A DNA stretch of 64,000 bases, taken from NCBI RefSeq assembly GCF_031769215.1, contig NW_026782064.1, positions 310,001-374,000 on the forward strand. Reading direction: 5' to 3'. Positions 46,120 through 59,040 of this stretch are shown here, one piece after another. The translations under genes and the position numbers were made by a program. The DNA is from Ylistrum balloti (taxonomy: Eukaryota). The notes below the pieces were generated by a model that saw only the letters and a list, made by a program, of their open reading frames with translations, had not been told where the DNA came from and did not search any database. Numbering within the stretch: the stretch's first letter is position 1; the number at the start of each line of letters is the position of its first letter.

Positions 46120-49100
46120 CTGAAACGGAAGTCAACATCATCAGAAACAATTTGACTGATCGAAACAAAAGCAACAAGCATTTTAAGGTTTCTTTGTCAA
46201 GTAATTATGTTTTATATGGCATTCATATTCAGATTTATGCAATATAACTGGCTATTTTCACGATGATATTTTCATTATTTTGCAGAATAATAATGTCATC
46301 GTGAACATTTAAAAATGAAAAGTGAGATACGTATGATTAGATGTCATTTCAATTGCTTGAAATATTATCCGATTGTTTTAAAAGAAAATCGTGAACATTT
46401 TCACCTTTGGAAATCATAAGCTGTACTGTAGATTTTCTTTGGTTACAATGACTATTTAACGGTTTATTAATGAATGAATGAAGGCAAGAAGCCAGATTAA
46501 CGAATTCTGAATGAATGAAGGCAAGAAGCCAGATTAACGAATTCTGAATGAATGAAGGCAAGAAGCCAGATTAACGAATTCTTAATGAATGAGGGCACGA
46601 AGTCAGATTAACGAATTCTTAATGAATGAGGCCGCGAAGTCAGATTAACGAATTCTTAATGAATGAGGCCGCGAAGTCAGATTAACGAATTCTGAATGAA
46701 TGAGGCCACGAAGTCAGATTAACGAATTCTTAATGAATGAGGCCGCGAAGTCAGATTAACGAATTCTTAATGAATGAGGCCGCGAAGTCAGATTAACGAA
46801 TTCTGAATGAATGAGGCCGCGAAGTCAGATTAACGAATTCTGAATGAATGAGGCCGCGAAGTCAGATTGACGAATTCTGAATGAAAGAAGGCAAGAAGCC
46901 AGATTAACGAATTCTTAATGAATGAGGCCACGAAGTCAGATTAACGAATTCTGAATGAATGAGGCCACGAAGTCAGATTAACGAATTCTGAATGAATGAG
47001 GCCACGAAGTCAGATTAACGAATTCTGAATGAATGAGGCCGCGAAGTCAGATTAACGAATTCTGAATGAATGAGGCCACGAAGTCAGATTAACGAATTAT
47101 TAATGAATGAGGCCACGAAGTCAGATTAACGAATTCTGAATGAATGAGGCCACGAAGTCAGATTAACGAATTATTAATGAATGAGGGCACGAAGTCAGAT
47201 TAACGAATTCAGATTAACGAATTCTGAATGAATGAGGCCACGAAGTCAGATTAACGAATTCTGAATGAATGAGGCCACGAAGTCAGATTAACGAATTATT
47301 AATGAATGAGGGCACGAAGTCAGATTAACGAATTATTAATGAATAAAGACACAAAGTCATGAGTCATATATAAGTATCAATCATGACACAGATTTAGGTT
47401 ACTGACTTAATAACGATATGTCAGAATAACGGATCTTTTTTGATGATCATTAATTTCCGTTTTATTTGTGAGAAACAAAGTGGCAAAAGAAACACTGTTT
47501 TTAAGAATTCCAGGTCTAGACTTGTACCCCGTTTCAATTCTTATATGTAATCGTATCTTGTATGGAAAATAATTGGTCTTATAAAAATACGATAAAACTG
47601 TTCTCCCCCAGTAGCTGTGACCCGGCTGGTATTTTTGATAATTAGTTGATTTGTGTTTAGGTGAATCATCGTTATCCGATAAAGTATTCGTTGCTAGACA
47701 AAAGCTATCTTTTGCTGACTCAACAGATGCAAATTAATTTCATATGACCAGCAATGATGACATAAACTTTGATTTAGAAACTTGAAATGCAAGCTCATCT
47801 AGACATTTCTGTTCATTTCGACACACACTTCCTTGTATCAGCGGTTCTTTGAAGTTTACTTACGTGGAAGTTGGAAGACCCTCCAATTCTGAGGTGCATG
47901 GTGGCATGATGCCAAATGTCGTTATGGTTACCAGACACCGTCCTCATAAGAGTTCGGTGAGAACCATGTACGAAGTACATCTTTAAGGAGCCGATACCAT
48001 CACCGTTCATGTTGTACCAAAACCTGAAGCAGTATTCACCGGCCCGATAGGATGGCGAAACAAGGACTGCTGTCTTATGGTAGTGGCGGGAAGACTCCAG
48101 GAAAAGGTACTTAGCTTTACAAAAAGAAAACAGTGTGAATTTTAGTACGAAAAGAAAGCATCGAAATAGCCTTAAGAATGGAAAGTTATTGACTCTTGAA
48201 ATGGAGAACACCAATGCTAATTAAGAACATTATTCACTGATATTTAAGAATGGGAAATTGAGAGAAAAATTCGTGAATTTAAATCCAGTTTGAAAATCAA
48301 TTTCATGAATATTGTTTTCTTATTTTAACAGTATGTTTCAAATGTAAATCATCGAAGACTTCACGAACCAACTGTATGAAGATAGTAAACAGTAAAACTA
48401 ATTTGAATAATAAAGCATAAATGTCGATCAGAGTAAATTAATTTACGTTTTATCGGTGAGTCAGCTGCAGACATCACGGTCAGTACTTCAATATATGTTA
48501 TTTTTATCAAAAACCAGAATAGATAATAACCACGGTCCTCCACCAAAAAAAACCCCTCTACAATTATATATAAATAATATGATCTTGCAAGCCAACTTTT
48601 GTGGCCACGCTAGCCTTAGCAAGCCAATGCAGTGCTCGTGTATGGTGGATTCATACCAGAGGCGCTGTTGTCGTGATCAGCATGCGGTCCAGTGTTACGA
48701 CTAGGGGTAGAACCATGACCAACTGACCAGTCCAAAGTGTCAGTGTGTGACTGTGTCCATCCGCAGAGACCATGGTCAAAACTACAGGTAGTAGCTAGAA
48801 AAGAATCCGAATCAGAATATAAAATATTTAAGGAGGAGCTTCATTTTATAAAATGCATTTTCGTTGTAAATTTTTTGGCGTTGCATTTAGATGAACGATT
48901 TGTAAGTATAATTTAGGTATCGATATATATATATATATTCTTTCTTAAAATTTGCCGAGGGCTCAGCGAAACGTTTTTGTCACATTGATCAATTATTAGT
49001 CATTTAACGTTTTATTACTCTATATCTATTGAAAGTTGTCGTTCATTTGTACGTCTTTTGTACGATCATTTGAAATGACTGTGACCGCAGTCACGGCAAA

Positions 49101-52100
49101 TGCTGTTTGTTGACATTTGTGGTCAATTTAAAAAGCATTGACCGTTATGTGAATAACAAATATAATTAAGTTGTAACCCGACGAAGGTATTAACTACAAT
49201 GAATGCTAATTGGCGAATGTCATACGATGGTAACCTGATTGTTCGGGAAATATATTGGTACATCATACATATCCATGAGTGAAGAAATCTGATAATCATG
49301 ATACTGATAAAATAGTATGAAATATTAACATATAAAGGATACATGCTAACTGAAACGTATGTATTTTGCCTCAAAGTTATATATGTTACATATGTTATGA
49401 AAATTATGTGATGATAAGACAATTACTACAAATAAAGAATTATGCAACTACCATGTAATCTACATAGAAAGCTTTACTTAAAAGGAAGGTTTTAAGAAAT
49501 TTTGTTTGCATCTGATAAAATAGAGAAATAGATCATCTTCAGGTTTCATTCACCCTTAAAATGCTAATACATATTTTAGGTTAGTTTCTCTAGCTACGCT
49601 CTACTACGTACCTCCATTGGTGACCGGATCTGTAAACGTAAAAGAAAATGACGTCATCGATAAATTAAAATTTAAGACTCATCATTTCATCTAAAAACCT
49701 ACATGTATAAGATAATCTTATATAAGATAAGATATGTTAAGATAAGATACGATAAGATATATGGTATACCATATAAAGACTTTCTCCTAAAGTGATAGAC
49801 AGTCAGACTATTGTAGGCATAAACATGACTGATTACGAATTCGTGATTATCATTAACAAATCGTACAACAATGAAGACAAATATAAGTAAAAAGTATAGA
49901 TTTTAAATGGATTAAAAATCATCAAAACCTGTCATTGTTTTATATGTTGTGAAATGTTTTAAAGGAACTTATTATAAATCTATCCCAGGTAAAATACCCT
50001 TTATTGAACAGCGAAAAGAACAAAACATATCGCACTGTTAAATGTATTTTAACAGTACAATTGGCTTCAACAGAAATAGGTTTTAAGGTAATATTACGTC
50101 ATACATACGGGGTGATGCTGTAATGTGAGTGATAACAGGTTTGTGGGTTGTGACTGGAGCAGATGTATGGTGAGGTGCTGAAGTGTGATGTGGTGACGAA
50201 GTGGTGCCAGAGAACTGGTGTGGAACGACCGTGTTATGGTTGTCGGGACGTGCAACACATCCGTAATAAATTTGGACTTCCTTTGCGTCTTGGTCACTAA
50301 GTCGAACTCGCTGACCGATGGTCACGCCGCTCTGTTTTGGGATAATGGTCATCTTGCTCCTGTCGACAGCGAAGGCGTAAGCACTGTAGTGCATGACGGA
50401 TCCGTAGTCATAAGGCATTCCCAGATGGTCGATGTTACGTCCAAGCTCATACTTATTAAAGTTGCTTTCGTGGCCTGTGTCCAGCAAAAATGTGTGTTTA
50501 TATTCAACATTTGATCATCATTCATTTAAACCTCATATTCATACTCAAATAACTAACAGTCCGATGACACTTTATCACGACGCCATTCGGGATCCTTTCT
50601 GATGTTATGTTACGTCAACGTGAAGCAGGTTACAACACAATATCAAACCTTTCTTAAGTACTATCAAACAAACAGAAAGGACAAGAACAATATGGCCTCG
50701 ATCTTTCGATCTGGGGCATAAAAATATATATTTCAAAATAACAAATGCTCGATCCATAAGACCTTTTGTTACAATACATCTCTCTGTCTGACAAGCACTC
50801 TTTGAATTACTGATTTGAGACGTTCGATACAAAGTATCAACCTAAGTAATTATTCAACCTTTGAATTTTTTACCGTGTTGAATGTTGCTCCAGTTGATGG
50901 TTACGTAGTTGTCACGATCAGCACGGCTTTGTTCGTGCCAGAATCCGAGCGCGTGCAAGATTTCGTGTATGACGGTGCCGTGGCGTAAACATCCGCGTCC
51001 AAGTGTGACATCAGACCTGTGCCTGTGCATGTATCCGATTGGCGTATGGCAGCTATTTGGAGATTACAAAACAAATAAGATCAAATAAGAAAAAGGACAT
51101 TGCAGACATACTTGACTCTTGAAAACACAAAACGAATTGTTCACTTAGTTGCTTTTACTTACGTTAAGTACTATTATCTCATTATAAGAACTATTAACGA
51201 AGTGAAAGTGAAATCTAATCACACGTTGATTAACTTACCCAGATCCTGAAGTAAATTGGATGTATGTATCCTCATTGGTACGTGGAACAAATGTGATACA
51301 GCTTTGACCGTTGACCTTGGTTTTGTTCATGATTTCTCCCATGGCCTTGGCAAAGATTGCTCTGTCGGATGCCGCTGATCACAAGCAAAACGTATTAATA
51401 TTACAGAAGGTAATTCTATATAACACAATGCCGAACTCCTTTATATCGTCAATACGATAATACGACCTGCTTAGTGTCTTCAAACAACATCGGATGCTTT
51501 ATCCGTTCAGTTGCACTTAACTTTTGATTTCATATGCAATAATGTCGATGTAATAGTTCATTAATCATTTCCAGTATTTTTAACAATATATCTATAAATT
51601 TGTGCAACCCCATTTAAAAAATACAAACATTTCTTGGACACACTTAGTTGGAAGGGGAATGAAAGGTAAGGACTTACAACTGTGAGAGGAATGGACGGTG
51701 TAAGGAACAATTCCATTGGGCCAATGATGGTAGCTTCCAATGATGGCGTTTTTGTGCTGTAATGAATTCACAAATGTACCATAGGATTCGAAAGTAAATA
51801 ATTCTTTAGGACATTGTACCTTTACCTTCTTGTATCATAAAACTACTTTTTTTAATTAACAATTGATAATATATGAATTCAAAGTACCTACTATGGGAGT
51901 TCCGCATATATTACCAACATGATGCAATATTTATAACCATTTGTGACTTTAAGAATGTATATTTTGTTAAATATGGGACAGGTACACTTACAGTCTGGTC
52001 TCCTCTGAGAACAATATCACCCTCAAACAGACCTATAGGCAAAGCAAGCATAGTAGTGTACTTATGGTTTTGTATAATTTCAAGGTTTATCATAATATTG

Positions 52101-53274
52101 TAGTATAATAACATTTCACAAGTTTGTCCTTACTTTTTCACTTAGGATAATATCAAAACAAAGCAAAAGTATAGCAAAGTAATAACTTTTCCGATTATTT
52201 GAATATTTACTGGGTTTTTTCGTTTATTGATAAAAAGCGTTAATCGTGGCTTATGAAAATCTTAGAAAAATCACCTGGATTCTCTTCAGGGTAAAAGTCA
52301 TCTAAATCATCTCCAAGGTTATCTGCTCAACGAAGATTAGATATCACAATTAAATCCACGTCTGAATATTTTGAAGTTAGAATTTAACATTCCTTCAATT
52401 AGCTTTGCTGTAATCGAGTTAAGTTTATCAATGCAGTATGCCCAATGATAAATATGATACTTAAATATGCGTTTTGATACCAAGATGTAAAACATACTAT
52501 TGAGATATAGCATGCATAGCATAAACCATACGGATGTGCCTTAAGGTCGACATCATACAACGATGTTTGCCTTCAAAACCGTATTACAAGAACTACTTAT
52601 GACATATTATGAGTAACAGCTATAATCATATTAAATATTTGTAAGTTTTCTGTAAACCAAGACCACATTTAAATTGCGTTTGCCATGCTTTTATTATTGA
52701 TGTCATCCACATTATAAGCTTTACCAATCCATTATATAAGATAGGAATTGACATACAGCATTAATGAATATATAAGATGTCGCTAACATATCCAAATTGG
52801 GTTTTATCAAAATATCAATTTACATAAACGTTAATATGTATATATACAATATACAGCTGTTTTATGTAATACAAATTTTACTTACTAAACGTATCAACCT
52901 ACAAATATAAGAATCATGTATCAGCCTGCCATCGAAAAAAATGTCGTGGTTTTTTATTATCGCTTGTACTCAAACATATTCAAATTGATGTATGATAAAC
53001 AAAACAAAATGAAAAGGTTTTCCTTTTAACAAATGAATCTATAAATTTGGACTTTACCGAAGATTTTCTCTAAATAGTATTAAGAGACACCTGATGAACC
53101 AGGAACTTAAATGTTATCGTTACAATAAAATTCAAAGTATTTGGAACAATGCATAAAACAATGAAGATAATTCTAGCTTTCAAAATAACCATTAACAAAA
53201 AAATGTCGAACCTGATCGACAGGCAATGCTGCCACAGAGCCGAAGAGAACAACGCACAGAGCTACTAGGTGCAT
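46030..53274 (-). CDS. Secreted astacin-family (M12A) zinc metalloprotease with C-terminal MAM domain, complete, 473 aa (477 with optional 12-nt exon)
   Basis: Exons 53274-53212, (53069-53058), 52898-52886, 52322-52275, 52032-51992, 51756-51678, 51374-51239, 51052-50874, 50474-50109, 49629-49612, 48794-48657, 48114-47864 and 46119-46030 sum to 1422 nt (without the 12-nt exon) with consistent phases. Motifs: signal peptide, EENPGLFEGDI, K|[36 protein letters not shown] Met-turn; [42 protein letters not shown]. Confidence 0.95.
46470..47350. repeat. 37-bp minisatellite, about 23 copies, in the last astacin intron
   Basis: Unit gaagtcagattaacgaattctgaatgaatgaggccac. Confidence 0.98.
47864..48114 (-). 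CDS. MAM domain exon 2
   Basis: KYLFLESS...[19 protein letters not shown]...W. Confidence 0.95.
48657..48794 (-). CDS. MAM domain exon 1
   Basis: [45 protein letters not shown]. Confidence 0.95.
49612..49629 (-). CDS. Astacin 18-nt symmetric microexon (phase 1-1) in the linker
   Basis: TTTTCTTTTACGTTTACAG|ATCCGGTCACCAATGGAG|GTACGT; frame-neutral, so the splice signals are the only support. Confidence 0.65.
50109..50474 (-). CDS. Astacin Met-turn exon plus Thr/Ser/His-rich linker
   Basis: HESNFNKY...[14 protein letters not shown]...IGQR..LS..D...YGC, then [13 protein letters not shown]. Confidence 0.96.
50874..51052 (-). CDS. Astacin zinc-binding exon
   Basis: [29 protein letters not shown]. 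Confidence 0.97.
51239..51374 (-). CDS. Astacin catalytic-domain exon (ASDRAIF...[21 protein letters not shown])
   Basis: GATCAG acceptor and GTAAGT donor; CI.F.PR motif. Confidence 0.95.
51678..51756 (-). CDS. Astacin exon with mature N-terminus (HK|[19 protein letters not shown])
   Basis: TTACAG acceptor and GTAAGT donor; WP.G.VPY motif. Confidence 0.95.
51992..52032 (-). CDS. Astacin prodomain exon ([14 protein letters not shown])
   Basis: TTTGCCTATAG acceptor and GTAAGT donor; FEGDI motif. Confidence 0.93.
52275..52322 (-). CDS. Astacin prodomain exon ([15 protein letters not shown])
   Basis: GAGCAG acceptor and G|GTGATT donor; in frame with the GLFEGDI exon. Confidence 0.85.
52886..52898 (-). 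CDS. Astacin 13-nt microexon (VDTF+1)
   Basis: TTCTTATATTTGTAG|GTTGATACGTTTA|GTAAGT; supplies the phase 0 to 1 shift needed to join exon 1 to the 52322 exon. Confidence 0.75.
53212..53274 (-). CDS. Astacin exon 1 (signal peptide [21 protein letters not shown])
   Basis: AAAATG start context and CAG|GTTCGA donor. Confidence 0.88.
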
Positions 53275-53300
53275 TTTGAGTCCTTTCTGCTTCTTAGACG

Positions 53301-53335
53301 AACTGACAAGGACGCGTTTGAGATAACCTTTTATA
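53301..53335 (-). promoter_or_regulatory. Astacin core promoter: TATA box plus Initiator
   Basis: Minus-strand TATAAAA at 53335-53329 and TCAGTT at 53306-53301; 31 nt from the TATA T to the Inr A, which lies about 30 nt upstream of the ATG. Confidence 0.7.
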
Positions 53336-56300
53336 GTGTTTCCATTCCAGGTCATAATATGGAGATCCATAATGAACAAAGTATAGACAAAATGTGTCCA
53401 GTTCAAGGCCGCCATGTCCAGAACTTCAAAGTGAGAAAAAGTTCCATGTCATAGTCTGCAACATCTTTGCCATTGCTTTGTAAATGAACACGACCGGATT
53501 GTGGCGGCAACCATTTCATGGGATTCTTGATCATCAAGGTTATATTACTATGTGTATTATTCCAGAACTTAGAATGTTGTACGACATCTGTCAAACAAGT
53601 TTTGAAAATCACTTAACAATAAACTATCTATTGTCGACTGAATTTCTTCATTGCTATGACTTTATGAATGAAAATTTCAATATCGTCTCAAAAAGGGCAT
53701 TGAGAGTTGGAAAAATAACGGGTAGAAAACGAGTATACAGTGTAGAACCGATCAAACTCGATACTAAACGTGTAAACGTGCGAAGTGTGTCCCCTTCTCC
53801 CCCCATTTCATAATTATAAAGTGATGCTCCCATAGAGATCAGCCACACCCGGATTCCTTTCAAATTTTGTATGTTAGTTGTTCTATAAATATCAACACAA
53901 CATATACATTTGAATGTTCACCTTTTAGTTTAAAATCCCCTTAGGACTCACATGTTAAGCTAACTGACCAAATATCACAGCAAAGCATACATCCATGACA
54001 CTCTTTGTACCATCTTTTTTATGAATTCATATTTTGTTTCCTTCCTAAAACATTCATTATTTTCCATCAAATTTGTATTAGTATATTGGCATACAGACAG
54101 TTAAAGGAGTCAAAATGGCTACTTTTAAAATTTACAAAACAATCTAGGCTATCAACAAAATATAAAATGATTAACTTTCAAAATAGCTTCAATAGGTGTT
54201 TTATTGAAAGGGGAAATTTGAAAAAAAAATGAAAAAACACAGGATAATTGTTTTTCAACTACTTGAACGTTAATGGTGCAAAATTATTGATTAGAGAAAG
54301 TGTCTCTAGTTTTAAATTACTAAACGGGGTAACTTACAGCATATTACGTAAGTATTTGATCATTATGAGGTGTATATATAGTTTGTTAATAACTTTAGAA
54401 ACAGCATAATTCTATAATGAAAATATATACCGAATAATTTTGAACATTAGAAAAATCAACTGGTCACAGCATAAGAATGTATTAACACTCAATATGCCAA
54501 TATTTCTTTATTTTACAAGTCAATATCCAACTTTGTTATCAATAATAGTTTAATGGGGACTGAAATCATAACTACACTGGTCTTTGTTGAGCAACACGTA
54601 AACATATGTAATTCCACATATGAGTACGCCCTAGTGTTGTTTCTCATTGTACCTACACGTGTATTATTTTAAATGAAGGCAAAAAGGGCACACTTGCCAA
54701 TGTCTACAGTTTAAATTTTAGTATGTATAATAAGGATGTTAGTAAATTATTGAACAACTGAATTAAATTGATATTAATTACATAATCATTTATTAGGTCC
54801 ACCTCTCCCTTGTTATAGGACTGTGCCTCTCGCTATTCCAAAAAGTTACATGGATGCTGGCGGAAATGTATCAATGTGTTTCATATTAGGGTCACCCAAA
54901 CAAGGCATATTAATGGATAGACACCAGACAACTTAACCATGCACGAATTTAAAAACTGACTCCATTGACTTACAAAATTTTATATCATTACTTACGTTAA
55001 AATTATATATAACTTTAATTAATACTAAATTTTCTCTACCTATTATTACATGTATATTATATTGTGTCATATTCACAGGAATTATTTTCATGTAGATTCT
55101 TACGGTCTATTTTACATAAAAAATGACCTCATTTCTATAACTACACGCTATCAGTCTTCATAATGCTAGGAATCTATTTTCCAGATTTTTTTTTCTCTCC
55201 GAAATCACCGGTGTGTACAATATATATCTATTTTTGAAATGGTTTTAAATAGTCAACAAAGTTGACTTCTAAGTAAAGTTATCATTCCAACATGACAATT
55301 ATTGATGTGAGATGAAGTATCAAATGTCTTCAGCAAATCTGAGACAATATATATGTCCTTTACTGTAGACAAGGGATATTTTAGCATCACTTGTATCCTA
55401 AAACGCTTTTTAAACATACTATGATGATAAATATTAATTGACTACTTTCTTGGACAATGATAAAAGGGGTTGAATTCAGTAATGCAAATTTTCATTAAGC
55501 ACGACATGCAATAACTGTAGGTGTTATATTAAGATAACTATGTGTACTAAGGGTACTGGTTATTTACCAAATACAGGAACTCACACGCCTTTGTCTGAAA
55601 TATCTACACACTCTCTACTGTTCATTGGTCTGATGTTGCTACCTTAGTTTCACTAATCGTTTGAATGACGGTCTTGCCCGCATTATAGATACCGAAGTAC
55701 CATATACATTTAATAAAATTTTTACTGGATGTAGATGAAGCTCTCTCTAACTGTAACTATTATGCAGATCTCTAAGACAATATTTCATAATAGGGAAAAA
55801 TAGACAACAAAATGCTAACATGTCAACATAATTATAATCCAGATCCAATCAAACTAAGGTAATATATGAAAGATTTCCAAGAAGACTTCTGAAAAAAGTA
55901 TAAGAATAAGACCAAAAGAGTAAGGGTTTCCTACTTCAGCGATGGCGCCTTCTGACTCGGAATATGTAGCATATTTGATCGTCAGCTACTATTTAAAGTT
56001 TTTTTATTAGTGTGATCTCATAAGAAATGAAATGTTAATAAATGGATAACCCTTTCCAAAGTACACGAAAGCTAATATGAGTTTCCTTATGAGCAATGGT
56101 TTAATAAGCACAAAATACATTCTTACAGACAATTGCAAAGCTTTGGAGAAGTATAATAGGTAGCAAGTTCATAGAACACTGGAACCTAAAGGTCCTAGGT
56201 CCCTGTGAACGCATTTTAAGACGTTTACTACTAAAGCCACGAATATTCGAGTGTTTGTTAGACTGATAATAAAAGGCATTCCAAGTATCAAAAGTTAATA

Positions 56301-57984
56301 CGGTTTTCAAAGAGGACCAAGGTTAAGAAAAATATCTAGCACGTCGCAAGGATAGCTAAAAACGTCGATTTTGCCGAAATTGCCTTCAAATAGGTCATAC
56401 TAAGATTAACTTTTTGGAGATCAATGAACCATTATGTGTTTGTTCAGTTGTGAATAGCATATCACACACGATTAACAAATAATGAAAGAAGGGAAAATAT
56501 CTTTAAGATATAGTGACACATTAATTTGTAACCGAATATCTAAGCCACGCAAGAGTTTGATGTTGACCAAGTCTACCATAGTTTGATTGTGTTTAGTTTA
56601 GCATTGTATAACGTGATTGTGATGTATTCCAACACCAAGTTCACAGGTGTATGGCCTATATTTAAATATATCACCAATTATCTACAATGCAAACAATGGT
56701 GACTTTGTGGTGCACTTAATCTTCGAAGGTTTCACACAGTGAAAAATATTAACCTATATTTTGGGTTGTTTTTCAGTGGGATACCGTACATATTTTGATC
56801 ATTATATAAAATTTAATATCGAACAAAGTATGATTTTTTGTTCAATCCACATAAACTGCTTATATCTTTGCTTTGAATTTTCCTTTCTCATATTTGATAT
56901 GATGTCCATTTTGTTTGTAGGCTAGTCGGTTTATGAACTCTTATCTAAGATAAATAAACATCTGATCTAAAACTCGGTTCTGCTAACAATTGTTTACATT
57001 ATATACTTTTTTATCTTTCCAGTGGCAGAAATAGCAAACTAAATCTTAATTTTCTTTTTTTATCCTAGAAGGACGAGACAACAGTTTACTTTGTTATTAG
57101 GCTATTCTGCAGCTCATTCTAAACAGGTATGGCGTGGTACCGCCTGATTCCAGATAAATTTGGTCAACTATGAAATGGAAAAATAACTCTCTATTTCGAT
57201 GAATTCAGATAGGTAATCTCAGTGAGCAAGTTTCAAATACCAATCATTAGAAAAGATATACCGATTATTAAAAAAAAAAAAAAAACATCTTGGATATATG
57301 CCATGTCTTATTTTTACAAAGAGACAACCCCACTTGTACATGGAGTCAGTGCACACATGTACCAACTTTTAGGCAACTGAACCTTATCCAGTATGATCAA
57401 AATTAACTAAAATTTTCGAAAATTGGTACAAGTATGCGCTGATTCCGAAAAATTGATAAATCAGATTGGACCAAAATTGTTCAGTGCTTATGCTTTTAAC
57501 ATTGAATTCATGATTGCAATGCTGCTGACTTCTTCATCAATGCCTACAGCACAGACGGTAAGACGCTGGGGTTGCACGTTCGATCTCATGAATTCAATGA
57601 TAATACTAGTGGCACAGAGTCATAATTGGAAGTGTTTGAGACATGATAGAATGTCATCTCAATGTTCAATGTATTTTCAGAATTATAAAAGGTCACATAC
57701 TAAGGAGTAATCCAGCCAATGAATTAATCTTTTGTTTTGCCTATTCTTGTACATTTCTCAACTTTTAATCGAAATATCGCCCGCAACATACACATTAAAC
57801 GCACCACTTTCCGGACGTGCATGTTCTATATTTAGGCATGGTGACTTCGAATGCATGTTTACCTGTCGGTATTAATCATGTGTTTTAAGATCGACCAAGG
57901 CGATGAACTGAAAAAGGTGTTCCGCCACGGTGAAACGTCATACCTCTTTGTACTGAATGTTGCTGTTCACTTGTGTATTTTTTA

Positions 57985-59040
57985 TACAATATTTGTGATT
58001 GCACGTGGTAGACACTCCTGGCGGACCTGTGTCCGTGTGACTGCAGGTGGTAGACACTGCTGGTGGACTTGTATCCGTATGATTGCAGGTAGTAGACACT
58101 GCTGATGGACCCGTGTCCGTGTGATTGCAGGTGGTAGACACTGTTGGTGGACCTGTGTATGTGTGATTGCAGATGGTAGACATTGCTGGCTGACATGTGT
58201 CCGTGTGTTTGTAGGTGGTAGACAGTGCTGGTGGACCTGTGTCTGTGTGATTGCAGGTGGTAGGCACTGCTGGTGGACCTCTTTCCGTGTGATTGCAGGT
58301 AGTAGACACTGTTGGTGGACTTGTATCCGTGTGATTGCAGGTAGTAGACACTGCTGGTGGACCCGTGTCCGTGTGATTGCAAGTGGTAGACACTGTTGGT
58401 GGACCTGTGTATGTGTGATTGCAGGTGGTAGGCATTGCTGGTGGACTTGTATCGGTGTGATTGCAGGTAGTAGACACTGCTGGTGGACTCGTGTCCGTGT
58501 GGTTGCAGGTGATAGACACTGCTGGTGGACCCGTGTCCGTGTGATTGCAGGTGGTAGACATTGTTGGTGGACCTGTGTATGTGTGATTGCAGGTGGTAGA
58601 CACTGTTGGTGGACCTGTGTCCGTGTGATTGCAGGTGATAGACACTCCTGGTGGACCTGTGTCTGTGTGATTGCAGGTGGTAGACACTGCTGGCGGACCT
58701 GTGTCCGTGTGATTGCAGGTGGTAGACACTGCTGGTGGACCTGTATCCGTGTGATTGTAGGTGGTAACAGTGCTGGTGGACCTGTGTCCGTGTGCTTGCA
58801 GGTGGTAGACAGTGCTGGTGGACCTGTATCCGTGTGATTGTAGGTGGTAGCCAGTGCTGGTGGACCTGTGTCCGTGTGATTGTAGGTGGTAGCCAGTGCT
58901 GGTGGACCTGTGTCTGTGTGCTTGCAGGTGGTAGGCACTGCTGCTGGACCTGTGTCTGTGTGATTGCAGGTAGTAGACACTGCTGGAGAGCCCGTGTCCG
59001 TGTGATTGCAGGTGGTAGACACTGCTGGCGGACTTGTGTT
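57985..59040. repeat. 42-bp minisatellite, about 25 copies
   Basis: Unit gtgtccgtgtgattgcaggtggtagacactgctggtggacct. Confidence 0.98.

Noticed and set aside
53500-57900. Short ORFs upstream of the astacin gene
   Set aside because: AT-rich, low-complexity translations without motifs or a consistent exon chain; treated as intergenic.
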